From positions 5,394,001 through 5,458,000 of the forward strand of contig NC_092672.1 of assembly GCF_964355755.1 (NCBI RefSeq): a stretch of DNA of 64,000 bases, read 5' to 3'. The notes below the pieces were generated by a model. The model saw nothing but the letters and a program-made list of their open reading frames with translations, had not been told where the DNA came from and ran no database searches. Shown here piece by piece: positions 38,505 to 51,683 of the stretch. This DNA comes from Antedon mediterranea. Taxonomy: Eukaryota; Animalia; Echinodermata. The stretch's first letter is position 1; each line of letters starts with the position of its first letter. The position numbers and the translations under genes are program-made.

Positions 38505-41500
38505 AAGGTCAAGGATGAACCTCTGTCGAAGAAAACTGTCATTACATTTTGTACTGTATACAATACACTACTGCCAAAATATGGTGCCAAAATGTAACTA
38601 TCAGTATATTAGTATCAGTATATATAAGTGCAAATTTGTGTACTGCCTTTACTTAAGAATATTTTTGTAAACTTTGGCTCTGGTAGCCCTATAGTAACAA
38701 CTTTTTTAAATTTTTTATAAATATAGCATTTTTGTTTGTTTGTTCAAAAGCACATCAGGACTTTTGTAGATGTGATGTGACAACCACATAAGGTAAATTC
38801 ATGTAAATATAGGTCATGGTTTTTGTTAAATCGTATAAAGATTGTATGCAATTGTAAAATATGAGTATTCATTTGAGACAAATGTTCACAATATATTTTA
38901 TTATATTATACAAATTCAATTATATATAACTTTTATTTATATATCTTGGCCATAACATTTTAAAATGTAAAATACAATACTGCAATATACAGTAAACTGT
39001 GCACAATATTTTATGCAAAGTTAATTTCAAAGATTTTGATCATGGACATACAATTATAAAGATTTTAATATATTTTAGTATTGATATATTTTAAAATATC
39101 AACATAGTGTATTAGCAAAATTTAACTTTCATTTGAACTTTATTTGACCCCACTGAAAATGTTTTTTAAGTCACAAATTTAAAAGAGAAAATATTTTCTG
39201 TTGTAATTATATGTATGAATAAAACATTTTTTTTGGTCTATATTTCTTAAATATAAAAGAATGTAATAAATTGCACAAGCATGAATACTTGCATCTAAAT
39301 ATTAATATTAAAGAATGCCTCATTTGTGACTGTCTTTTCCAAACATGTTAGGTGGCTAAAAAGGATATCATAAATCATGAATACCACCACCAAACTTACG
39401 AGTTAAAATGACTATAGCAAGGCATTTAATAAAAAGCAAACTGCCTTAAAACCCAGCAATACAGTACATCATATAATCAATGAAAAGTCTTGCCTAGTTT
39501 AAGCTCCAGACGGAGTTTTGTCTTAATATTAGTAAAAATATAAATATTTTTGCACATATGGCGTTTCATACAACGTGTATTACTTGTTTCAGGCAAAATT
39601 CAAAACGACGTGTGGAATGACATTAAAAAAAAGACAATAAATACAGACTTGGAGCAAGTCTAAGTCTTGCCCTTTAATCAAAGCAAATTATATTGCAAAG
39701 TTGTGCATGATCTACAGTTCTACGTGTGAAACCTAGGATGTATGTAGAATTGTAGGAAATTAAATCAGACTCGCTCTCCCATTGGGATCTTAAAGACATT
39801 TCAGCTTACGACACTTTGCTTTAGTTTTATAGAATCCAATTCACTCTGTGTAATTATTTGTATTGAGGTATAAAGGTTTCATAATTGATGTATTATAATT
39901 TTTTAGCAAGAACCTTTTTAAACTAATTCAAATATTTGAATTTGTTAGACATTCTTGTAGGGTTAACTCACTAAAGTTTTTTTAAACGGACCGGGGCGTC
40001 TATTATTCAGGGAAGGCGTTTATTTTTTTGGGTGTAATGTTGTAACGTGTATGATCAAATAAATACCCCATATGTTAAAATACAACATAATTAATATTGA
40101 GAAGTGAAAATACAGTAAAAGTGCTTGGTAAAATTGTAGATCATGTCATTCAAAGAATTCTATTACAAATAGAAATGTGTTATAATGCAATATTGTGTAT
40201 AATGCATGTGGTGGGGAAATAAATAATATTCGAGGGGGTGAGGTGTTTATTCAAAATGATGTTCTATGGCGGGGTTTAAAAAAAAAATAAATATGGTAGT
40301 TCAAATTTAATTTATTGTACATTCTTTTGTAGGGTTAACACACCCAACACATAGTTGAGTGAAGAATTAAAAATGCAAGCCAAGTATATGATTGATATGA
40401 TGTAGGGTCTTGTAACATGTCGGCATCCTGTCGTTGATAATAAAGGAATAATTAGCTAAGAATAATATAATTATGTTTTTGTCTTATTACAGATGAATAT
40501 ACTGTGTGTAAAATTATATGAGCATTTATACCTGTTTGGTGCATGCAGATAGATTTACTTTTAAACAGTATCATGAGAGAAAATCATTTTAAAATTAAAT
40601 ATTCATAATTCCAAATTTATGCTCGTGTAGTTTGTGTTATTTATTTGGTACATTAATTAGCCTATATCAGCATATCTTAACTTAAAGGAAGCTCACATTA
40701 ACTATAAATAGATAAAGGAGGCTGGCGTCGTCGGTGGGTTTATTTATCGTTCAGGTAAAAAGTTTACAGGAAAGGTGTGGCCTTCCTTTTGTAAATCATG
40801 CTTTTTCAAGATTTTAACGACATAATAATGATTTTTTCTATGTATGGTAATATTTGATTATAATTTTGTTATTGGATCAATTCTGGTCGGGTTTAATTAA
40901 TTATATTAATAAGTTTATCTTTAGGCTTTCAAACATATATGGATTTTGATATCTTTGAAATGTTGATACTTTTGCATTTGTTAGTTTGAAGTAAAGGCCA
41001 GGTACTTTCTTTGGTAAATTATGGCTAATTTCCAGGTTTTCTCTATTACAATAAGCTCCATGACCAATTGAAAATTATTATTAATTTCTTTTATTGTTCA
41101 ATTGTTCATTGCCAATTTAAAATAAAATTGTATGAGATGATAAGGTGGAACATAGGGGTGACATAGACATTAAATGTTCAGACATTTTGACTATAGCATA
41201 GGAAACAGTGGTTTTTGAAGGTGTGGTCATCATTTAAGTTGGTGTAATAGGATATACATAATGAAATCTAATTAGGATATTGTGTACGTCTCATAATTAC
41301 AATCATAAACCACAAATCTAGAATGAAAATGCTTGAGCATTGTATTCACCAATCCAGCCACACTTAAGTGAAATCAAATTCAAGAAATGTTATTCACTTA
41401 TGAGACATTGTAAGAGCATTTTTATTTAGCCAATGTGTTCAGAAACAAATACATATACATGCACAAAATACTCTACTAAATCAATGATATCTTTTTAATA

Positions 41501-41741
41501 TTTTATTTATATTATTGTGAACTAATGACACAGTCAACTGTGCATGTAATTTAAAGTTTTCTATTGGCACAGTCGACTGTTTTCTATACCAAGACAATTT
41601 TTACCTAGCACCTAGCATTGTATATACAGTTTAACATTTTCAGCAATGGTAAATATAAACATTCAATCGACTAAATTGTCATCTTGGTTTATATACTCTT
41701 TTTATTGAGTGCCTGCACTTGATATTTCTTTGAATAGAGAC

Positions 41742-42055
41742 GTTTATTCCTTAACAAAAGTTACACCTGTATACTCTACATTCAAATCTAGTTAAATCAC
41801 AGCTCAAAAAGCAAGCAATGAGTTTATTCCTTAACAAAAGTTACACCTGTATACTCTACATTCAAATCTAGTTAAATCACAGCTCAAAAAGCAAGCAATG
41901 AGTTTATTCCTTAACAAAAGTTACACCTGTATACTCTACATTTAACTCTAGTTAAATCACAGCTCAAAAAGCAAGCAATGAGTTTATTCCTTAACAAAAG
42001 TTACACCTGTATACTCTACATTTAACTCTAGTTAAATCACAGCTCAAAAAGCAAG
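41742..42055. repeat. 80-bp tandem repeat, ~3.9 copies
   Basis: gtttattccttaacaaaagttacacc starts at 41742, 41822, 41902 and 41982. Confidence 0.95.
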
Positions 42056-42669
42056 TAGACCATGCATCAACTTGGCCAATCAGATACACAAGTTTAAGGT
42101 TACGCCCCTTCTTACTCGAGCAAGGCGCAGACTAAAGGCCCATTTACACTAGGACATTTCACATTTCATCTACCTTTGCTTCTAAATCCCTTTTTACGCT
42201 GTGAATTTGAGTATTCTGAATGTAATTTTGTGGAAAAGTGACAATGTTGACTGTGTCTTTGTAAATATCTTGTGAATTTAAACTGATCAATCAATATTAC
42301 ACATGCAGTGTAATTATTCATACACAACTTGTTTACACTGTGTAAACAAATTATTGCTGTACCCGACATTTAACCATATTCATAGTACAGTGCATTATTA
42401 CGCAATATGAAATAAAATATTAAACAGTAACTTTGATAGGTTTCAGAATGTAACATTAGACAAGTAATAGGAATAACAGATGTAATTTTTTGGCATTTGA
42501 ACACCGAACAAGCTACAGTAAACCGCAGTGTAACTCCGATAGACCACAATTTAACTAAAGAAAAGATTGCTGTGTGGACATAAGTCTTAATATAATTACT
42601 GTATTTCTGAATTAACACTAGTATAATTTAATTTGTGGTACCCCATGTGTATAAAGTATAGTTGTGAGT

Positions 42670-42709
42670 CTCAATGTTTCAGTTGTTATGCTACAACCAC
42701 CTTCAGAAG
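42670..42709 (-). ncRNA. Degenerate minimal hammerhead motif
   Basis: Minus strand CTT-CTGAAGg-T-GGTTGT-agcata-ACAACT-GAAA-CATT-GAG; one core substitution, stem II intact. Confidence 0.35.
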
Positions 42710-42846
42710 AGTTCTAGGCAAATAAAGATATGAGAGATATAGAAATCTGGTCCAGATTTTAAATAAGCATCATACTGTAGTTAAAAGAACATTTTAAATA
42801 ATTAATTAGCATGTACCTGATCTAATTTTACCTTTCTTGTCTCATG

Positions 42847-43091
42847 TGGAGTGGAGTTGTGGCTTGGTGGTTATGATGCTTGGCTACCACTCTAAGGGTC
42901 CTGGGTTTAAGTCCCGTCACATGTCAGGATTTTTTTCTAAGGACCAAATTACTCCACTCCCAAAGACTTGTAATAAGACTTTGTTTATGTAGAGCATCTT
43001 GTGTATGTTTGTCTTGTGGACCTCTGAGGGTCCATAATGATCAGCAATAGCTGGATGGATCACCCTCATTAATAAATATGGTTTAAAAAAA
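42847..43091 (+). mobile_element. tRNA-derived SINE, family X
   Basis: A box tggcttggtggtta, B-box-like gggtttaagtccc and poly-A tail; paralog of 35046-35275. Confidence 0.78.
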
Positions 43092-43768
43092 GAATAAAAA
43101 AATGTGCAATAGGAATTCTCAATCTAATGAATTTAAATCACTTTTTTTCTCTTTGTCTATTTCGTGTTTGAATGTTTTTTGTATACTGTACATTTGTATA
43201 ACTTGTATTGATATTTTTCTATGTTAATGTTTTTGTGTACATTTTATACAGTTTTTATGTACAGTAAATGCAATACTTTCAGCTTCTGCTGCTTTTTGTA
43301 TATATATGTTTTTTATAACAAAATAAAAAAAATAAATATAAAGATTTAAGTTTTTTTTGTCAAACTTATCTAATATGTTTTTATTTTTTTGTTCTCAGAA
43401 AGTATAAAGTGTTTTGACAACAGATGTATTGGCATGAATGAACAGCTAAATTTACAAGATGCGAATATGATTTTTTTCAAGCAACTTCTTCACGCTCCCA
43501 AAAGTAACCCAAAGGCCAATGAAATCCAGAGTATTCTGCGTGAACTCGATGCACATAGCATGACCTCTGATCATGTGTATCTTCGATTGAAAAGTTTATA
43601 CCGAACTAGTGAACCGTAACAACGCCCCTTAAATGCGGGCTGCATAAAAGATCAATGCAAATTTTATTTATCAAACTGAAATTACTACCAAGGCAACTGA
43701 GGAAAATTTTCAGTTTTAATTTTTGTGGCAGCAATAGACAATTCAAATAGTAATAATAATCTGCGTAA

Positions 43769-44167
43769 AGGCCCATTCACACTAGGACGATAACGATCGA
43801 CGATAAATAGACAAATGTGCATTTTTCATACATAAAACAAAAGAAATATAAAACCTTTTCATTGTAGAACAATAGAATAACCTTCTATGCTTCCTTTGAT
43901 GAAAATTATATTTTCACATGTCCAATCAAATGACGTCATGATTAGTAAGAGCAATAATATCGTGACAATACAATGATTTTATTGTTTTTATTTATCATGA
44001 CGTCATTTGATTGGAATTTTAACAATATTATTTTTATCAAAGACAGCATAAATGATTATCCTATAGTTCTAGAACGAAAACCTTTCTAATTTATTTTGTT
44101 TTATGTAAAAAAAATGCATGTTTATATATTTATCGTCCATCGTTATCGTCCTAGTGTAAATGGGCCT
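43769..44167. mobile_element. ~400-bp fold-back Harbinger/Tourist-type MITE
   Basis: TIR AGGCCCATT(C/T)ACACTAGGACGATAACGAT; inverted symmetry continues almost to the centre; flanks TAA/TTA; a solo end of the same family at ~42136. Confidence 0.85.
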
Positions 44168-44481
44168 TTAGGCAGGCAGCACCAGCCTGTGTTGCAGCAT
44201 TGTATTGAACGCATCAACGCTAACAATGTACTGTATTAACATTTTAGACTTTCGCAAGAGTAAACTACATAACTAATATATTTTTTTTTAAAGTGTCATG
44301 ATTTATGTGGTTCTTAGTAATATTTTAGGTTATTATTTTTATATATTAATATTTTTGAAAATATGTACAGCTGCATTTTATTATTTATAATAATCAGGGA
44401 GTTGTAAAATAACTCCCTGTAATAATATTCTGCTCTTTTTATGTCACTGTCCACAACTTAACTTCAACATTTACTACAATT

Positions 44482-44570
44482 CCGTCTACACTATCAAACT
44501 ATATGTGACAAAAAAATGTGATATGCCCATATATGGTTTTTTGTTTAGTTTGATAGTGTGGACAGAATTT
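44482..44570. mobile_element. MITE family A, copy 8 (degenerate)
   Basis: gtctacactatcaaact...agtttgatagtgtggacaga. Confidence 0.7.
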
Positions 44571-44575
44571 TAAGG

Positions 44576-44772
44576 ACTCTTGAACATTTACTGCAGTACT
44601 TCTAATTTCAACTTCAAGACTCTTCAACATTTACTGCAGTACGTCTAATTTCAACTTCAAGACTCTTCAACATTTACTGCAGTACGTCTAATTTCAACTT
44701 CAAGACTCTTCAACATTTACTGCAGTACTTCTAATTTCAACTTCAAGACTCAACATTTACTGCAGTACTTCT
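44576..44772. repeat. 43-bp tandem repeat (~4.6 copies) overlapping the stop codon of PLPP paralog B
   Basis: catttactgcagtac at 44585, 44628, 44671, 44714 and 44754. Confidence 0.92.
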
Positions 44773-47700
44773 GCTTTCTATCTCTATCGTACCATAATCT
44801 TGTGGTCTAGGTGGTGCAACAACAGAGCTTATAATTCTGTTTTCTATTATACATGAGCGCTTGTATACATCCATAAGACCGCATATGTACAAAGCCTATA
44901 GAAAAATATAAAAATGTAATATTAATATACAGTCAGTTCATAATCTTTTATAGTAAAATAATTAATTACAATTTTGAGAAGGTACAAAGAGGCTTCTTGA
45001 TGTGGGTGAAAATTAATCAGCACAGAAGTCTTAAAACAATATTCTAGATAATAAAAGGGTGCTCCTGGCAACCCCTCCGTGTCCAGTAGGCCTACAATTA
45101 ATTCCTTGTATATTTGTATTAAAAAATTTTCGAGCCAAAAACAACAAAAAATATCGTTGGTGTACTATACAATAGGAGAACCCATGCCATTGTTGTGACA
45201 TAACTTTATTAGGTTTATGTAAACCTTATCAAATATAAGATTTCAATTTTAAAAATGTTTTAACCTCTCAAAAAATCAACCACAAATAAACAGGGTGCAA
45301 TCAAGAAAAATAACCTTTTTAACTTGCCTTGTTTTCATTGTTAACTGATCTCTTATAATTATTATTAAATTGTAGTATTGTAATTTTTATCTTCCTTCTT
45401 TTCTTAAAGGAAGACCTATTAAGATCAATTACCACTACTTACTGTGAGTAATGCTACGGCCGTACCAAGTAGACCGCCCCCTATCACATCACCAGCATGA
45501 TGCTTGTAGTCTGATACTCTAGAGAGTGCTGTTAACCAAGCCAGTGTGAATGAAATAGTTTGTAGTATGCTTCTTAATAAAGAATACCAGTCCATTTTAA
45601 AATGTAGATAAATCTGAAAGAATAAGAAAAAAATCTAGAAATGGCAGCAACAAGTATAGCTTAATTTGAATTACCATTGTAAAAACACATACTAAATATA
45701 TGAATACATGTACGATCTTATAAGTTGTCTATTATTAATTTTCTTTAAGAGTTCTATACACGAATTTGGCTGCAGACAAATAATTGTCTACTGGTCTATA
45801 TTTCAAAATTGATGAATTATTAGACCAGTCATATTTGAGGGATAAGTGTCACTTTTTGCAGAATTTATTTATTTTTTCTAGGGTAATTTTGGCTGTAGAA
45901 TACAAATATGTATGTTGATCACGACGAGGTGGGGGAATATGTTCTCCAGATGCAACTGGTCTATATTGTTATGTCCCATGTTGAAAAAGTCTGTCTTGAA
46001 AAAGTAACTAACTAAAGTAATACTAAAAAAGTCTTTACCACAAGGAATATAAATGCATAAAATGCAAATGATGCATGGCCTGATGGGAAGGATAATCTAA
46101 AAAAAGAAAAACAAAGAGAGAAGTTACTGTATATACCATTTATTTTGTGGTCTCTTTGTATTAAAATATATTTTGTGTACGTTGTCGAAACTTGTCACAT
46201 TTTAAAGGATTGAGACTCATTAAATAGATACTGTTTTATAGACAAAGACACATCATATTTAATGATGTGATTGTGAATGATCTTTCAAATATCATTACAT
46301 AATTACATAAAGTTTCAATAGCAGTACAGAAAGTTTTACAAGGTCTTTGTCTGAGAAACTACACTACTTTGCTCACAGTACCAGTACATATGAAAGCAGT
46401 ATGATTTTCTTTGTTGCTAATTTATTTTATTTTTTATGTACTGTAGCTACAAACAGATATAGATAAAGACTAGGGTTTCATTTTTAATTTTGTTTATTGG
46501 TTTGAGCATGGAGAATTTCTCCATGGTTTGAGGTAACATACAGTAACCAAACCAAAATACAGTGCTGTAAATTATTTGAGCCAATTGAGATTTGTATAAT
46601 ATTGCTTTTTTCTCCGTGATTGGTATCACAAAAGTTCGAATATGAACAGTTCTAATAATGAGCTTTGAGGAATTTTATATAATGTAAAAAAACGTTGCTA
46701 CTGTACAGTAGCCCCTTTAAGGGGGACACCTTCCGGCCCCAACAAAGTGTCTGCGGAATAGGGGTGTCCCAAAGGAGGGGTTCTACTGTGTCTAGCCATA
46801 CCTTGCATCTCTCAATTTATGCTCCGATAAGTTACCATCTCCAGTGCAATTTATGTTTTCAATGTACATAAAAGTATTGTACCCTTGAGGGCAATACTTA
46901 GCATATTCTATAGCACATGCGCTAAGAAAATGAGGTCGTAGACGTCCAATGATAAACTTGGAAGAGTCTGTTAAGGACTGATTAATGAACCCGCCAAACA
47001 TAAAGCCGCCTACGTATTTGTAGAGGGCGACAAAGTAGCCATTCAATTTTAATGTTGGGCTAATGCTCACAGTATCATATAGATATTTGGTTTGGCAACT
47101 GGATCCATGAGACTGGTATTTTACAAATAAAATTCTTTCCCATATTATAATCTGGAAAAAAGAAAATAAATTAAATTATACATTAGTATTTAAGGAATAT
47201 TCGCACCTACTAATTAAACCAATTGTCTCGTCAAATACTAACTAAATAACATTTCTAAAAGGCAGATTATAAAAGGCAGATTATAAATGCAAAATATACT
47301 GTAGGTCATTACTTAATTGTACAATTTTTAGGCCCAGTCTGATGGGTCCCCTATTTCAAAAGCCACTAGACTTATACTAAAAAACATGTATTTACCTCCA
47401 TCCTACAATATACAGTACTAGAAAACCTTTTGTTCAGAGGACACCTCTATTAGAGTACAGTACACTTTTCTTTGAAGGGCATTATTTTTTAATGGTCAAC
47501 CCCTATTTAGGGGACACTTTTGGGTCCCAAAGGTAACCCGGACCTTTGTGGGTTCTAGTGATTCTTTTTAATCAACTAAAAGCATAAGTGACATCTTTTG
47601 AGTGCCATATTCATAAGACCTTAATTTAAATTCATTCAATACTGGCATACCATCAGAAAAACATACAATTGTTTTTGTTATAAATGATATCATGCTGAAT

Positions 47701-49105
47701 TATCTGATATAAGGGAAATATAGCATAAAATAAATACTAATCCATTAGTATTCATAGAACAGGACAAACAAACTAAACCAATACTTGTAGTAGTGTTAAA
47801 GATCATTATCATTGATAATGATATATAGCCTTGGCCATTACAACTATTTTACATGAATGCACATCCACAAATGATCGCACGCAAGTCAATGGGTAATCAC
47901 CACAGTCAAATTAATACAGTAAACAAGCTGAGACTTAACCAAAATCATTGGTTAGCACTGTTTTCTAAAGAAATGCCACCTTAATTTGAAAATTTTGCAA
48001 AAATAATTACAGATTGAATGCCACCAAATATAAAGCAGAAACCTGAATGATTTAGTACATGTTAGGGATCAACAGTATTTTACTGCAGTTACTGCAGTAT
48101 CTAAATTTTTTTGTGAGGCAGTCACTGCAAACAAGTGTCACCCCAAAAAGCTTGCTAAATAATTGGTTAAAGGTTCAAGTGTAAATGTATGAGAACATAG
48201 AGTTAATTTAAGTATCTCCATGATGAGATTGAAGTAACTGCAGTAGAATTTTGAAATAATCCCTACAAACACAATTAGAAGCTCAATGTAATTCTAAGCT
48301 CTGTCTACACTATCAAATTTTATGTGACAAAAAAAATTATCATGTGTCATTATCACAACCATATTTGGGCACATCACACTTTTTTGGTCAAACTAGTTGG
48401 ATAGTGTAGACAGAGCTTTAGCTAAAGCACATACTGATATTATAGGTACGAGTCCACCGACGACAACTAACACCGTTGAAGAAATTGTATCTGGCTTGTA
48501 CGGATAGCGCACACTATGATCATCGCAGTAGAAGCCACGTTGATATGGTGTAGCAGATAAGTTGAGAATGGCTGCAGGAAGAACAACTGAAAGACAAAAA
48601 GATATTAAATATGTAGTTCTCTAGTACCTGTTATAAAAGCTGAATTTGAATGAATAAGATTTTAAAGACTGAGCTCTACTAAAACTTGGTTCCAAGAGCA
48701 TACAGCTTTATTAGCAGGTGTAAACATAAGAATATCAAATCATAGTTCATGTTATTTTATGTCTATTGCTCCAGTCATCTGGGGCAACCTCTCCTTCACT
48801 TTCCTTCCACAGATCCTTAACAGAGCCGTAGCCACCAGTACATGTTGGTAAGGTTTCAACCTGACCACTGTTTCCACTGAGGCCTTTGACAACCCCGTGG
48901 ATTATTTCCTTATCTTGTGAAAACCGTACCACTTGTGGCTACACCACAGCTTAACAGAGGTTTGCGTAAGATTCCAGTAATCTTATAATAAGTATTGCAT
49001 TCATATATTTTTTGGAAATTAATGAAGTACTAACTTACCTAAAACTGCAATAAAGATGTCTAGAGGGATCTTAAACTTCAGCTTTATACCGCTGATGCTA
49101 TCCAT
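44743..49105 (-). CDS. Phospholipid phosphatase (PLPP/PAP2) paralog B (exons 49105-49039, 48586-48435, 47151-46802, 46096-46039, 45613-45443, 44895-44743)
   Basis: PYQRGFYCDDHSVRYPYKPDTI; C1 KFIIGRLRPHF, C2 SFPSGHAS, C3 SRVSDYKHHAGDV; same intron phases as paralog A. Confidence 0.93.
46706..46788. mobile_element. Short Tc1/mariner-type MITE
   Basis: TA|CAGTAG...CTACTG termini with internal ggggacacc/ggtgtccc inverted motifs; related fragment at ~47412-47530. Confidence 0.55.
48297..48417. mobile_element. MITE family A, copy 9
   Basis: Same TIR; lies under 20 bp from a PLPP-B splice donor. Confidence 0.85.
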
Positions 49106-49370
49106 ATTTCAGGTGTACTATTCAAATAATAAAAGAATAGTTTTATCTTAAAGAAAATCGCTGAGAGTAAATGATGAAAAAATGTTATGAGAACTTCCAA
49201 CAAAAGAACCACTTAAGTCATGGTCCAGAGAATATTATTGAAAGGATGTAAGCATGTGAATACTGTTCTCGCATAATATCAATATTTAAACCTACTATAG
49301 GTGGGAGAAACCATTATTGTGTGGGTGATACAACATTATATAAACAAGTATAACAAGTATAAATGTTTAA

Positions 49371-49942
49371 AGCTCAGGTACAGGCATGAATTTTAAATAT
49401 AATATTTGGTTAATTGTACATAAATCAAATATTTGTAACAGAAATCAAGACGAAAAAACATGAATTTCCCTTAATATGGTCAAATACAAAATTTGGCCAA
49501 ATTCTTCCATAAAAACCAGGAAGACTTTTTTTCAGTAGTTAGGTAGTTAAGCTAATGTAATAACATGTCTTGTGACTCCCTAGACGATGAAAAAAGGTGG
49601 TGGATATACGGTGGATAATTTTTGCTATAGCATGAAAATAAAAATCTGAAGTTGAATAAAAATATCAGAAATGTAATATTCAAGTTATAATACCTATATT
49701 TAGTCATCTGATAACTTTTTTTACCACACCGTTTATTTTTCATAGCTTTACAAAATTTGTGTATAAAAGAATAGAGATTTTACTTTGTAATTTGAACTAT
49801 TGAACTGATAAGAAAGTGCTTATTTTTAACAAGCTCGTGTAACACAAATAAAATCCCAAAAATTATGAAACATAGGGGAAACTATAGATCGATAATTATT
49901 GGAATGTATGATCAATAGAAATTTTTTGCCCGCACCTGGCCT
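49371..49942. mobile_element. Kolobok-like non-autonomous DNA transposon
   Basis: TTAA TSD on both sides; TIR AGCTCAGGTACAGGCA vs AGGCCAGGTGCGGGCA. Confidence 0.6.
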
Positions 49943-50279
49943 TTAAAACCATTGTTGGTAGGGCTATATAACAATGAATCACCAATAAATTGATAACAAA
50001 TATCGAAAAACTAAAATAATAAATGTAACTTTATAAATTACTGTAAAGTGTAAGATGTTCAGGATTAGTTGATCAGTTAAGAATTAAAATATGTACTACT
50101 GTAATATAATGTTATCACAAGATGCAATATCTTATGTCTCAAATATTTATTGTTTAGGATTATTTAAAATAATACTGGGAAGAAATTGTGCTGGGTGGTG
50201 TTAGTCGTGCCCTATAAATCAAAGACCTAATTTTCTGAAGATATATTTTCTATGAAGAACGATGAAAAAAGATTTTATT

Positions 50280-50601
50280 GAATTGAATTGAAATTTATAT
50301 TTATACTGGGTAACCTCTTCAGTCAAAGACTGGTCTCCCAGAGGGCCCAGTTGGTGATCAGTGGCTGTGATGTACTAATACACCGGGGTAACCCCCTACT
50401 CGTCTCGAAAGATGTACTAGGTTCTTTAAAGTGCACACGAGCTAGATGTGTACACTGGACCTACGGTTTATAGTCCTTATCCGAGAAGACTCGTTCTACC
50501 ACCAGAACCATGGAGCGAGTGAGCCTCGAACCCTTGCCGATGTTATGGCTACGTAATTACGGTTCCACTGTCTTAACCGCTCGGCCACTCACTCACTCCC
50601 G
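50280..50601 (-). mobile_element. tRNA-derived SINE with Deu/Nin-like central domain
   Basis: Minus strand: A box GTGGCCGAGCGGTTAAG, B box GGTTCGAGGC, core GGATAAGGACTATAAACCG..GCACTTTAAAGAACC..TTTCGAGACGAGTAGGGGGTTACCCCGGTGT, and a (CAATT)n tail. Confidence 0.75.
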
Positions 50602-51586
50602 TTTTAATTACAAATTGAGTAGATGGTAGTAGAAAAAATGAAATGTTGAACTAATTTTTTGTAAAGTATAAAAAATCATAAAATAAAACACAAGTTTTGG
50701 TAAAATTGTAGGCCATAGTCCTGTACACATAAAAATAGAGAAAAGAAAATAATTACCGGTATACACCAATACGTATTAGCCTTGTTTAGACACCCTGATA
50801 TGGAATTGGAACAACTTTAAAGGGCTGGTCCATGACAATCACCGGATATTTGAGAATATATTATTTTTACTTTAAAAGTATTTTTCTCAAAATTGAAACA
50901 TATTTACGAATTGTGTTCAAACATAGAGATATTATACAGTATATCTCTATGGTTCAAAGTACAGTACAATTAAATAGTTCATACAAATTTATACAGTCAT
51001 AAAAAAGACAAATTATAGACTGAAAGTGTTTATAGGCTGGCTATAAATCTAAATTTTGTTGCAAGTTTTTATAATAAAAAAGTTTCCTGCCGGCATCTTA
51101 AAGAGAAGCTCTTAATAAAAAGTTATGAGTCAGACTCATTTCATAGCTAAAAAATAGGCTTACCAATATTATAATTTAGATCAAAGATAGTCTGTCTGGG
51201 CAATTAATAAACTAGTGCCCAAACTAACCTGGTGGCTGTACTCTAGTTTAGTTCCAACTCATTGACTTTTTGGGGTTCCCTGTTTGGAGCTGCTTGACAG
51301 AGCCTCCAGGCAAAATGAAAGGAAACCCCGGAAATTGACAATAATCCAAAATAAACAAAGAAGTAGAATGTTCCACTTTTGTAATGGGTTTAGTTTAGAT
51401 GCGATAAACTTGATTGAAAAAAATAACTAATTATCTAAATTTGTTATGAGTTAGTTTTTATTACCTTAAGGTTTAGTATAATGTTTCATTTTGATTTCAA
51501 TATCTAATCAATGGTTGTTATGAATTAAATATCAAGATGTATTCATTTGAATCTGTTATCCGGTTGAATATTAGTGGAACAGTCGA

Positions 51587-51594
51587 GCGCGAAA
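51587..51594 (-). promoter_or_regulatory. Consensus E2F site TTTCGCGC upstream of the PIMREG-like gene
   Basis: GCGCGAAA about 90 bp upstream of ATG 51684; a second ggcgaaaa at ~51640. Confidence 0.45.
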
Positions 51595-51683
51595 TTTTAA
51601 CTGACAAACACGCCCGATACCGATTTAACAAAAAGAGTCGGCGAAAAAAAAATTGAAAACAAGTATTTTTATCCCAGAAAAAG

